The notes under the pieces were generated by a model, which was given only the letters and a program-made list of their open reading frames with translations, did no database searches and was not told where the DNA came from. Below, one piece after another: positions 1-9,500 of a stretch of 64,000 nt of DNA (the first letter of the stretch is position 1; every line of letters begins with the position of its first letter). This DNA is from an uncultured virus (IMG/VR IMGVR_UViG_3300017814_000143) (taxonomy: Duplodnaviria; Heunggongvirae; Uroviricota; Caudoviricetes): the IMG/VR virus record IMGVR_UViG_3300017814_000143, one strand, 5' to 3'. The position numbers were made by a program, and so were the translations under genes.

Positions 1-1086
1 CTAACCTGAATACTTGCCATGGACACCGCACCATTCGCAGTCGTCGAGCTTCTCAACGGTCGTGTAGCTGACATCCATCGTCGTGATGTCGAACTCACCG
101 CGGCGGTTCACGTTTGCGGGCGCCGCGCAACCTGACAGCACTTTGACTGCCTCCATAGAGACCATGCTGGCGTTCAAGGCGCAGAGCGGACCCAGACTCC
201 CGACCTTCCTATTGGGGACCTGGAGCTTCTTTACCCTTGTGGGGTCGATCTCGTTCTCCCGTTCGAGCTGCCTCTCGAAGCACTTTACGCAGGCGGTCTC
301 GCCTGGGATGACCGTCTGGCCGATGAGGGAGAGGTGGAGATTGTATCCGCCACCGACTATGTGGGGAATCCCTCTTGGCATGCAGTACTCTCCGACCCAA
401 ATCGACGTCTGGTCGACCGTCGGTTTGTCCGCACAATCCACCACGAGGTCTATCCTCTGGTCGCCAAGTGCCTCAAGCGACTGTCCGTCGAGCTCGCTCT
501 GGACCCCTTTGATGTCGAGGTCCTCCCGATAGCGGCGGAGCTTTTCCGCGAGGGCGTCCACCTTCGGGCGTCCAACGTCGCCTGTCGTGTAGCCAAGCTG
601 CCTGTGGAGGTTCGAAAGCTCCACCTTGTCCGGATCCATCAAGATCAGTCTCCTCACCCCCGACTGCACGAGAGTACAGGCGACCCACGAGCCGACCGCC
701 CCAAGCCCAATGACGAGAACCCTAGAGCACCTGATCCGGCTCCACATCTCGACGAGGTGCTCGTGAGACGTCGAGAAGTCCTGGAGGAAGGAGACGACCC
801 TGCGGAAGTCCCCGTAGGAGTCAAGGTCCTCCCTCGGGCTAATGTTGTCTAGAATCCCGTGGCGGGAGAGGTGCGCGAGCAGCGACTCCACGGATGACAG
901 GGTGCAGCCATAGTCCTCGGCAATCTCCCGGGCCGTCCTCGAGCCGTCGAGTCCGTTCGCTATCTGGAGGATGGTGTTGTCCTGGGTTCTGAGACGCACC
1001 TGTTGCCTCGTGTTCGTCTTGAAGAACTCGACGATTCCGTCTCCGAGGGGAACGACCGATACGCTCGAACTGAGCTTTGGGTTCAC
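1..1086 (-). CDS. ThiF/E1-like adenylyltransferase with N-terminal winged-helix (RRE/PqqD-like) region
   Basis: GLGAVGS Rossmann motif, DPDKVELSNLHRQ, DCAD, Zn pairs CVKC/CEWC; ~100-aa N-terminal extension (LDGSRTAREIA); GTG at 1086 overlaps upstream TGA (GTGA). Confidence 0.88.
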   Translation of the reverse strand: MNPKLSSSVSVVPLGDGIVEFFKTNTRQQVRLRTQDNTILQIANGLDGSRTAREIAEDYGCTLSSVESLLAHLSRHGILDNISPREDLDSYGDFRRVVSFLQDFSTSHEHLVEMWSRIRCSRVLVIGLGAVGSWVACTLVQSGVRRLILMDPDKVELSNLHRQLGYTTGDVGRPKVDALAEKLRRYREDLDIKGVQSELDGQSLEALGDQRIDLVVDCADKPTVDQTSIWVGEYCMPRGIPHIVGGGYNLHLSLIGQTVIPGETACVKCFERQLERENEIDPTRVKKLQVPNRKVGSLGPLCALNASMVSMEAVKVLSGCAAPANVNRRGEFDITTMDVSYTTVEKLDDCEWCGVHGKYSG

Positions 1087-2198
1087 AACCTCGCCCCCGC
1101 CCCGCACACTGGACACTCCGGGTCCCTCTTGACGTCAAGGTAGCTCAACGTCATGCCATCGAAGAGCCATTCCCCTCGCGGCTTGTAGGATCCCCCCATG
1201 TCGACGATACCAGACAGGCACTTGACGATCTCGATGGCAGCAAAGGACGCCGAGAACAGCGACATGGAAGAGAGGCCACCGATTTCGAGTGCGCGATTCT
1301 CCACGGGGTGCGGGGAGGGCGTCCAGCCCTTCAGGCTCTCCTTGAAATACCTTGCGTAGCACTCGACGCAGGGGGTTACGTAGGGGATCACGAGCTCACC
1401 CGTACTGGCCAGGTGAGCGTCGAACCCGCCGGCAATGTAGTGGGGCTTGTCGTGCTTGACGCAGATGCGGGAAATCTTCGCGGAGGTGTAGCCGATGTAG
1501 GGCTCGTCCATAGTGTTCACGACAAAGTCGCATCCCTCGATGACCGGCTCGATGTCTTCCTCCGGCCTTACGGCCTCCGAGATGGCCTCGACACTGATCG
1601 CCGGGTCTATCTCACGGATCTTCCTGCGGAGTGACTCGACCTTGGGCAGCCCGACGTCCCACAGGTCGAAGAGGAGGTGCCGGCTTACGTCCGACCGCTC
1701 GACGACGTCGTAGTCGACGAGCACGAGGCTCCTCACCCCTGCCATGGCGAGCTCGAGCGCGATATCCCCTCCAACTGCCCCGCACCCGAAGATCACGACG
1801 CGAGACGAGGAGATTCTGCGCTGGGCCCGTAGGCCATCGGCCTCGTCCTCGAAGAACTCCGCAAAGTAGTTGATTTGCCGGGCATACCTCTCCGAGTCGT
1901 CCGGACAAAGGATGCTGATGTCCTGCACCTCGGTGATGATCCTGCTTGCTCGCAGCGACGTAAGAGTCTTGTCCGTTGACTCCGGACTAGCAGCGAATTC
2001 AGCGAGCATCAGCCTCCTGAGTTCGCCGGCAGTCCTCTTGCCATCGATGTGCTCGAGCAGGCTGACTGTCTCAGGGCTGATGCGGAATGTCCGCCTCTTG
2101 CGAGAGTTCATGTAGTAGGCAGTGATGTACGTATCATCCGTGAGGAAAAGGTCGACCGAATCCTTCACCTTGAACACCGTCGCTTCGTTAAGGCTCAT
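1083..2198 (-). CDS. Second ThiF/E1-like adenylyltransferase with RRE-like N-terminus
   Basis: GCGAVGG, DYDVVERSDVSRH, CVEC/CPVC; N-terminal IDGKRTAGEL and RYARQINYF segments; ATG 2198 after GGGAGG. Confidence 0.88.
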   Translation of the reverse strand: MSLNEATVFKVKDSVDLFLTDDTYITAYYMNSRKRRTFRISPETVSLLEHIDGKRTAGELRRLMLAEFAASPESTDKTLTSLRASRIITEVQDISILCPDDSERYARQINYFAEFFEDEADGLRAQRRISSSRVVIFGCGAVGGDIALELAMAGVRSLVLVDYDVVERSDVSRHLLFDLWDVGLPKVESLRRKIREIDPAISVEAISEAVRPEEDIEPVIEGCDFVVNTMDEPYIGYTSAKISRICVKHDKPHYIAGGFDAHLASTGELVIPYVTPCVECYARYFKESLKGWTPSPHPVENRALEIGGLSSMSLFSASFAAIEIVKCLSGIVDMGGSYKPRGEWLFDGMTLSYLDVKRDPECPVCGAGARL

Positions 2199-2670
2199 GA
2201 TGCCCTCCCATTGCTTCGCGGATAGAGGCGAACTCTCCCGAGGGACACACGACCAATGAGTCAATCAGGTTGATTTCCATGAGTTTCGCGGCAGACCCAA
2301 TCCTTCTTGTGAGTGCGACGTCCGGCTCGGTTATCTCGCAAATTCCACTTGGATGATTGTGGGCGACCACGATGTAGGACGCATTCGAGAGCAGGGCGAT
2401 TCGCATGACCTGTGCGACCGACGGAGATACCCTATCGACCGTGCCCATGGCTACGGTCGAGTAGTTTACGACCTTGTGGGTACTGTCGAGGCACAGGATT
2501 CCGACGACCTCGACGTTCATGTGACCTAACAAGGAGCAGAGAGCATCGCCAGCCTCCTCGACTCCATAAACATAGGGAGAGTCCACATCAACCTCAACCG
2601 TCCCGCACTCCACAAGTTCGATTTGTTTCACGGGAATGTTCATCCATGGCCAATCGTAAGCAAGCCGCAC
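2188..2670 (-). CDS. JAB/MPN domain protein, RadC-like (start may be ATG 2643)
   Basis: E...HNHPSG-x4-TEPD JAMM-like motif and LIDSLVV; overlaps downstream ThiF start. Confidence 0.85.
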   Translation of the reverse strand: MRLAYDWPWMNIPVKQIELVECGTVEVDVDSPYVYGVEEAGDALCSLLGHMNVEVVGILCLDSTHKVVNYSTVAMGTVDRVSPSVAQVMRIALLSNASYIVVAHNHPSGICEITEPDVALTRRIGSAAKLMEINLIDSLVVCPSGEFASIREAMGGHHEP

Positions 2671-2694
2671 ACCAAGGGGATGGGTGCGGCTTGC
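2660..2694. promoter_or_regulatory. Hairpin between peptide gene and JAB gene
   Basis: GCAAGCCGCAC (2660-2670) / GTGCGGCTTGC (2684-2694), perfect 11-bp inverted repeat, no clear U-tract. Confidence 0.55.
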
Positions 2695-2720
2695 GTTCTT
2701 AGATGCCTGTCAGCTCGCAG

Positions 2721-2930
2721 CTAGTACTGGATTACTCCGCCCTCCACGGCGAGGAACTTCCCCCACTCCTCCTCGGAGGCAACGTAACCGTCGCGTGTGC
2801 AGACCCTCGTGCAGCAGTCCGAACGCTGACCGGAGCAATCTCTGGTGTAGTCGGCGAAGAAGTCCTCCTCGGCAACCTCCTCGAAGACGAGATCTTTCAA
2901 AGCGTTGTCTGAGTTCTGATGCTTGTCCAT
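2721..2930 (-). CDS. Putative precursor peptide (69 aa: acidic leader, Cys-rich core, C-terminal GG-VIQY)
   Basis: ATG with AGGGGG RBS after an AT-rich stretch; first gene of JAB-ThiF-ThiF operon; core DCSGQRSDCCTRVCTRD. Confidence 0.75.
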   Translation of the reverse strand: MDKHQNSDNALKDLVFEEVAEEDFFADYTRDCSGQRSDCCTRVCTRDGYVASEEEWGKFLAVEGGVIQY

Positions 2931-3326
2931 GAGACCCCCTAGCTAAATAAAGGTGACGAGAATGCTGGTAGAAGCCACTGTTCCAAAAGGATAAAACTCT
3001 GTAAAGATAATACTCGTTTGATGGTGTTGGCGTCGGATGAAATTCGCCACCGTCTCGCCCCCCTCGATGAAGACGCTAAGGCGAAGAGCAAGCACCTCTT
3101 CCCGCTTCCCGGCGGCCCAGACCTTCATCCGAGGGGGCCGAGGCCGAGGGACTCATGCTCGCCCGCCTCTACCTCGTCGGCGCCTAGTTGTGGGGGAGGG
3201 TAAGACCCTGGGGCAAAGGACTAACCGCCCACGGTGGCAGCCAAGCCCCCCCGCGGCCGCTCCCTTGTCCATGTCTCCACGCCATGGCTTCACGCAAAAT
3301 ACCAACCAGGGTTTCTTGCCCCGGGT

Positions 3327-4676
3327 TCAACACTGCCCTTTCTCAAGACCGAGAAGTCGTTCTTTCGAATACTCTGCCTCGACCTCATGTGTCACGAGGA
3401 TAGAGAGAACGTCAATCGATCTCGTAAGAGCTACGTACAGCAAGTGCTTGGTCTTGTTGTCTTCCTTCTTGTCGCCAAAGAGATAGGGCGCAAGGTCTTG
3501 CGTAAGAATGAATAGGCACCTCTCGTGCTCCAGGCCCTTCACCGCCTCTATCGATCTGACGGCGATTCCTCTGTCGCTCGAGGGGCTTGTGGGCTTGAGC
3601 GCAGAAACCATCCTGGCGTATCTTCTCTTTTCATAGTCGAACAGTCCCTGATCTATCCAGCGTTTAATCGCTGCGCTTGGAGTGCCACCCTCAGCCACGA
3701 AAGCCATCATCTGTCTCGCTGCATGGTAGGTCATCCGATTGACCTCCAAATCGCATTGCGTTGCCCCGGGTTTATCCTTCGTTGCCGAAGAGACCTCATG
3801 GAATAGCGCCTCGAAACGCGAATCGTCTCCATGACTGGCATGGGTCTCGAAACGATCGTTCCTTCTGCTGATGTAGACGAGCCCATATTTCCGTTCCGCG
3901 ACAAGGGCGGCAACGTCTGTCTCGGATTCGAAGTACACGCTGATGCTACCAGGCCGATTGTGGGCGTCTGCAATTTGTTTTTCAGCGTCTTCGGCGAGAG
4001 CGTTTGAAAGCTGCAGGTGAATCTCGGGGCAGCGGTGGCACTCCTTGATAAATGTGACATCCCCGCATGCATCAATCAGCTCCCGGAAGCAGCCATGGCC
4101 CTTGACGTCCTGCTTGGGATCACCAAAGAGCTCGATGCCCACCCCCGCGCGACCCAAGGCCAGGAGTATGGCTTTCATGTCCTTGTCAATGTCCTGAGCC
4201 TCGTCGACAAAGATATTGTGGCAATACCCCGCAAACAGGGCGATAACCTTGGCCCTAAGTGCTCGCACGCGAGCACTCTCCTTGGTTTTCTTGTCCACCA
4301 CCCATCGCGCTCTCTGCGGTATCACGGTCTGGTGAAGCAAGGCTTGGCCTTCGAGCTCACGAATCTTCGCATTGCGGTAGACATTATCGTTCGGCAGACG
4401 GATAACAGAAATCGCCTGATAGCTCTTATTAAAGAGAAGGTGATAGTAGGGCTTGATTAGCTCAGAATACAGAAAGGAGTGTATCGTGCTGACTTTGATG
4501 TTATCGGACACCGACCCACTTAGCTCTACTAGCTTGGACCTGATGTTGTCGGCGGCCGCATTCGTGAACGCCACACAGTAGACCACCTTCCCGGCGGGAA
4601 TCTCGCAGCCGAGGATTCGCGAGGCCATACCCGTCGTCTTGCCCGCGCCGGCGCCCGCAACCTCAATCCTCATCAT
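3327..4676 (-). CDS. UvrD-like helicase, Gabija GajB-like
   Basis: AGAGAGKTT Walker A, AFTNAAA, STIHSF, VDEAQD, GDPKQ, KGLE, LYVALTRS; overlaps upstream OLD nuclease. Confidence 0.8.
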   Translation of the reverse strand: MMRIEVAGAGAGKTTGMASRILGCEIPAGKVVYCVAFTNAAADNIRSKLVELSGSVSDNIKVSTIHSFLYSELIKPYYHLLFNKSYQAISVIRLPNDNVYRNAKIRELEGQALLHQTVIPQRARWVVDKKTKESARVRALRAKVIALFAGYCHNIFVDEAQDIDKDMKAILLALGRAGVGIELFGDPKQDVKGHGCFRELIDACGDVTFIKECHRCPEIHLQLSNALAEDAEKQIADAHNRPGSISVYFESETDVAALVAERKYGLVYISRRNDRFETHASHGDDSRFEALFHEVSSATKDKPGATQCDLEVNRMTYHAARQMMAFVAEGGTPSAAIKRWIDQGLFDYEKRRYARMVSALKPTSPSSDRGIAVRSIEAVKGLEHERCLFILTQDLAPYLFGDKKEDNKTKHLLYVALTRSIDVLSILVTHEVEAEYSKERLLGLEKGQC

Positions 4677-6459
4677 GGACCGTCCCTTGGGTGCTGGACA
4701 CTGCTGTCCCGAGCCCCAAAAGAAAGTCAAGCACCTCCTGAATGTGCCGCGGCATAGTGAACCCCTGTAATTCGCCATCTATCAGGTCGTGGCAGATTTC
4801 GAGCATGACTCCTGCCTTGCCGCCTGAGCGCCAGTCGGCCTGCAGCTCATCCTTCGTCATGCCAGTCCACCCGTATTCGGCACCGTATCTTTCGAGGAGA
4901 AGTCGGAAATTGTCCCTGGTATCGACGATTTCGGGCTCCAACGTATAGCTGCCGGTCGTCCTAACGCAGACCTGTTCATCATCCAATGCGTCGTGCTCAT
5001 CTTTCGCCTTTGGCTGGTCATCGAAGTCCCTTACGATGCCAAGCTTGTTGCCGTTGCCCTCGTTGATCTTCTTCCATATCCTGATGATGTCTCTATAGCC
5101 CTTGTGGAATGACATCACCTTTATCTCGTCTAGGCCAGGCCGTGTCTGCAGATACGATTTAATCAGCAGCTCCTCCGTGATGCCCTCCACCAGAACGAGC
5201 CTGCGGGAGAAGAGCATCTTGAAGATGTCGGTGTTCGGGTTCTTCGCAAGATAGCACAGCTCGTCAGGTTCAAGCTCTCCCCTCAGGCTGAATGCTCTCC
5301 CACCATGGAGGATGATGACCCTCTCGAGACCAACCTTGTTCACGAACTCGGTATCATGTGTGGAGTAGATGAGCTGCGTCCGGCAGTCCTGGTTTCCGAA
5401 GGCCTTGAAGAGGCTGGCCATGAGCAGGACGTTGTTTATGCAGAGATGAGCCTCGGGTTCCTCGACAGCGACGACCCTAAGCGATATGTCATGAGTCGCA
5501 ATCAGATACGAGTTCAGCAAGACCGCCATGATGATCAGGTTTCGATGACCAAGACCCTGCAAGGCCATGCTCTCGTCGCCATAGCCGAGACGGATGCTGC
5601 CGAGGATGCTGCCCATGGCCGGCATATTGGGGAGGACGCTGATATCGTCGAAGAACTCTTTCGCCCGCGGCGCATCCGAGTAGTCCTGCCAGTTGATAAT
5701 CTCGTCGAGCTTGGCCGAAGTTCGTATTGTTTCGAGAAAGCTCCCGTATCCCTGCTCGATGTTCTTCAGCCCGACCGGATCGAGCTTTTCCTGGAGCAGG
5801 CCGATCAGAGCACGCGAGCCAAGCTTGTCGGAGCTTGCTGCGAAATTGTCCCGCTCGGCAGGAAGCATGGCATATTTGAATCGCGTCAGGGTGTCATACG
5901 ATACCCGATGCCCGTTCTCCGAGTCTGGTACCACGATCTCATGCCGGAACAGATCCATCGGGAGAAGGCTCATCTTGATTGCCTGGACCTCGTCTTCCGA
6001 GTCGAGCAGAATCTTTATGCATTCGAGAAGCTTCAACGGGTCCATGACGTGCCATCTATAGCATATCCGCCCCACAAGCCCGCCGTCGTCCTCTGCCGCG
6101 AGGATGTCCTTCAGGTCATACCCTTCCGTGTCGTCTCCTTGAAGGTCGACCGTCACCGAGACAGATGGGATGCATGATTGAAGGGTGCCGAGGCCAACGT
6201 CTCCACGGACGATCTCCTCTCGGTGCTCCTCGACGAAGGCGTAGTAGTCTTCTTTTGCCTCGTTGTTGATGTCAAACCATGAAAGGTTCTTGCTGCAGCT
6301 GCCCCCGCCGTCATCTAGTGACAATGGCAGCGAGATTGCCCTCAGGAAGTTGGACTTCCCGCTGTTGTTCTCGCCAACAAGCGCTACGAGGTTTCCAAGC
6401 GGAACGTCGACGCTCCTGAGATTGCGATAGTTCTTGATCCTGGCCCTGACGATTCTCAT
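4663..6459 (-). CDS. OLD-family ATP-dependent nuclease (ABC ATPase + TOPRIM), Gabija GajA-like
   Basis: IKNYRNL, GENNSGKS, EEPEAHL, STH, LVEGITE, RDFD. Confidence 0.85.
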   Translation of the reverse strand: MRIVRARIKNYRNLRSVDVPLGNLVALVGENNSGKSNFLRAISLPLSLDDGGGSCSKNLSWFDINNEAKEDYYAFVEEHREEIVRGDVGLGTLQSCIPSVSVTVDLQGDDTEGYDLKDILAAEDDGGLVGRICYRWHVMDPLKLLECIKILLDSEDEVQAIKMSLLPMDLFRHEIVVPDSENGHRVSYDTLTRFKYAMLPAERDNFAASSDKLGSRALIGLLQEKLDPVGLKNIEQGYGSFLETIRTSAKLDEIINWQDYSDAPRAKEFFDDISVLPNMPAMGSILGSIRLGYGDESMALQGLGHRNLIIMAVLLNSYLIATHDISLRVVAVEEPEAHLCINNVLLMASLFKAFGNQDCRTQLIYSTHDTEFVNKVGLERVIILHGGRAFSLRGELEPDELCYLAKNPNTDIFKMLFSRRLVLVEGITEELLIKSYLQTRPGLDEIKVMSFHKGYRDIIRIWKKINEGNGNKLGIVRDFDDQPKAKDEHDALDDEQVCVRTTGSYTLEPEIVDTRDNFRLLLERYGAEYGWTGMTKDELQADWRSGGKAGVMLEICHDLIDGELQGFTMPRHIQEVLDFLLGLGTAVSSTQGTVHDED

Positions 6460-6595
6460 GATTCGCAACCAATCATATTCGCGGCCTTCGTCTGCTCATT
6501 CATGTCATCGACGCGCGGCGTCATCCATCAGGACGCTAGCATCTCGCATGGGATGCTGAAACAAAGTTCGCAGATTGTTATGCCATCGGCGGGCC

Positions 6596-9500
6596 CTATC
6601 CAATCCTCAGCAGTCCCTGGAAGAAGGTGCCAGGGTAGATGAATGCCCTCTCCCTCTTCCTGTCATCATCGAACGTGACCGTGATTTGGCCGCTATCGAT
6701 GCTGTCTATGACGCCTCTTCCGAAGGCCCTGTGGAAGACGATGCCCCCGGCATCGAGCGCATCAAGCTGGTCCTGAGTAATGACGGGCTCCTCGTCGTTC
6801 TTGGCCGCCACGTCTTGCCTCTCCGGATAGCCGGAAAGCCACCAGGCATCCTTGCCATGCGTGACCTTTGTACCACCGGCCTTAAACTTGAAGCCGGCCC
6901 CATGATCGAAGAGGGGCTTGAGGCGATCCTCGATGGCCCTGCCGCCGATGACCCAGAGGTTACCCCTCTCGTCACGGTGGTCGACGAAACGGAAGCCGCC
7001 CTTCCTCAGGCTGGCAACGACCCAGTCGTTCCCGCCGTTCGTCACGACGGCGTCCACCGTCAGGGGCTTGCCGTCACTGGTGCTGTCGACGATACGCACG
7101 GCCCGCCGCGGGGCACGTATGCCCGCGTCCGCGTCTGTGACCGCGCCACCTCGTAGCGTCTCCTCCTGCTTCATCTGCAGGTAGTCGAACTCGCTCAGCG
7201 TGGTGTCGAACAGGCCGACCCTCTCGCCCTCGTGCTTGTTGATGCCGGTGTATTCCAGGCTCGAGTCCTCGTAGCGTCGGAACTTGTACACGGCGTCGTT
7301 CATGAGGCCGTCGTTGAACACGCCAAGCGACACCAGCAGGTCGAAGTCGGGCACGGTGAGGCCGGTGACCTTCTTGAACAGGCCGGGCTCCAACTGGGTG
7401 ATGACGTCCTTCAGGCACTGCTCGCGGAAGTCGGTGAGGTACATGAACACCGGGATTCGCGTCGCGAACTTGATGAGCTTCTCCTGCACCTGCTTGCGCT
7501 TGCCCCTGAGCTCCCTCTCCTCCTCCGAGAGCTCCCTGTGCTCCTCGGAGGTCATGTCCTGCCTCTCGCGCTTGGCCTTCTTGATCCCCTCGGACCTGTT
7601 GACGATGGTCTCGAGAATGTCACCGCCGAGGGCACGGAAGCCCTCGATGTTCATGAGCGCCCTCATGGCGTCCTCGTTGCCCATCAGGCGTCGTAGGGTG
7701 TCGTTGTCCACGTTCACGAGCAGGGCGCTCTCCCAGCGACGGGCGAGCAGCGTCGCCGAGGTGCCGGCCATCGCGATGTCGAGGATCTCGCTCGCACTCA
7801 CCTGGTGCATGGTGGAGCCGTCATAGGCGAGCACCGGGAGGAAGTCGATGAACTCGCCGACCTTCTGCTCTGGCCCCGTCCCATCGACCGAGAGGCGCAG
7901 GCTGTAGCTCGAGACCATACGGAGCGCACGATCGAGGGCGAAGTCGAAGACATAGCACTCGCGCTTCTCGATCTCCCTGCCGTGCTCGCCGTCGATGACC
8001 CAGGGACTCTGCACGCGAAAGGCCGCCTGGAAGTAGCTCTCGGGACTCCTCATGTTGGTGAGCATGAAGATGCCCGTCCACGGCCTCACGGTCACGCCGG
8101 TCGTAAGCTTGCCGCAGGTGAGAGTGATGGTCTTCGAGCGCAGGGGGTCCTGCATGGTCTCCTGCACCTTGTCCAGCGCCGCGGGCCCGATACCGGCGGC
8201 CGTGCCCGCACAGACATTCACCGTGTAGTCGTGGAAGAAGACGTTCTGCTTCTCCGCAAGGAGGTTGCGCATCGCGAAGCAAGAGTTAACCCGGGGCAGG
8301 TACCAGAGCGTGTGGTTGAGCACGTTGAGCAGGCGGGTGTCCGAGTAGGGCATGGGCGGCCTCTCTGCACCCAGCTTGAGGTCATCCACTGAGGAGGGCA
8401 GATAGGCTCCGCGGATGAGGTCGAGCCACTTCTGGACGTAGTCCTTGAGCACGAACTCTGCGTCGTCCCCCTCGTCCCTCGCCTCGAAGAACGCGTTGAG
8501 GTCGAACGAGTCAAACTCGCCGCCGAGCGCGATGTCGTGAATCTCCTTCGGCATCTGGTAGGTGAGCATGACCATGCGCGGTAGCGACTCATAGGGGTTG
8601 TCCGGTCCCTCCCAGTTCCTCTTCGCCCGCTGCTCGTCCGAGTAGGTCCAGTTGAAGACCTGGTCCTCGATGAACTCTCCGGAGTTGAGGGCGCGGAAGG
8701 GCGTGCCGGAGAGGAAGAGGTAGTACTTCGTCGCGATGGGCAGGTCGCCCTCGTCGACCTCGTTACCCGTGTTCGTACAGCCGACGCTGGTGTCGACTGT
8801 ATCCTCGGACACCGTGTTGAGCTCGTCCTCGTCCTCCTGCCGGAAGAGGGAGCGGGCGTTGTCGTTCCATGCACCGAAGTGGTACTCGTCGAACACCACG
8901 AGGTCCCAGTCCTCGAGGTGGACCCACTCGTTGCGGGGCTTGATCTGGCCCGTGCCACGGTCGGGCATCAGGAAGTCCTGGAACGACCCGAAGCAGACGA
9001 TGGGCCTGGCGGGGTCAGCCTCCTCGTACTGCATCCCGTCCCTCGTGACGAACTGCCAGCCCTCGAAGTCCACATGCTCCGTGAGGTCGTCGTACCAGGC
9101 GGTCCTCACGGCCGGCTTGAAGGTGAGCACGAGCACACGCCTGAAGCCCATGCGCTTCGCGAGCTCGTAGGTGGCGAACGTCTTGCCGAAGCGCATCTTC
9201 GCGTTCCAGAGGAACTTGGGCGCGAGATGTGCGCCCGTCTCCGCACGGCGATAGAACGCCATCGTCTTCTCAACGGCCTGCTCCTGCTCGGGGCGCATCT
9301 TGAAGTCGAGCGTGCGACGCTCCACGTTCTCGGTCCGGTCGCGGACGGCAAGCCAAGCCGCGCGGACATCGTCAACGGTGCAGCGGAACCACTCCGTCTT
9401 CTTGCCACTTGCATCACGCAGACGGTAGAACCCGTTCTTCTCGAGGTTATCGTGCACCTCATGATCCATGAAAGAGGATCCGTCCGAACGCACCGCGCTC

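Noticed and set aside
1..2198. ThiF/MoeB of thiamine or molybdopterin synthesis
   Set aside because: No thiS/moaD/thiG context; long N-terminal extensions and adjacent peptide argue against it.
2188..2670. Gene symbol radC / DNA repair role
   Set aside because: JAB domain only, no HhH region, coupled to a ThiF gene; a chance passenger cannot be fully excluded.
2943..3128. 61-aa ORF upstream of the peptide
   Set aside because: Runs through the AT-rich probable promoter region; no motif.
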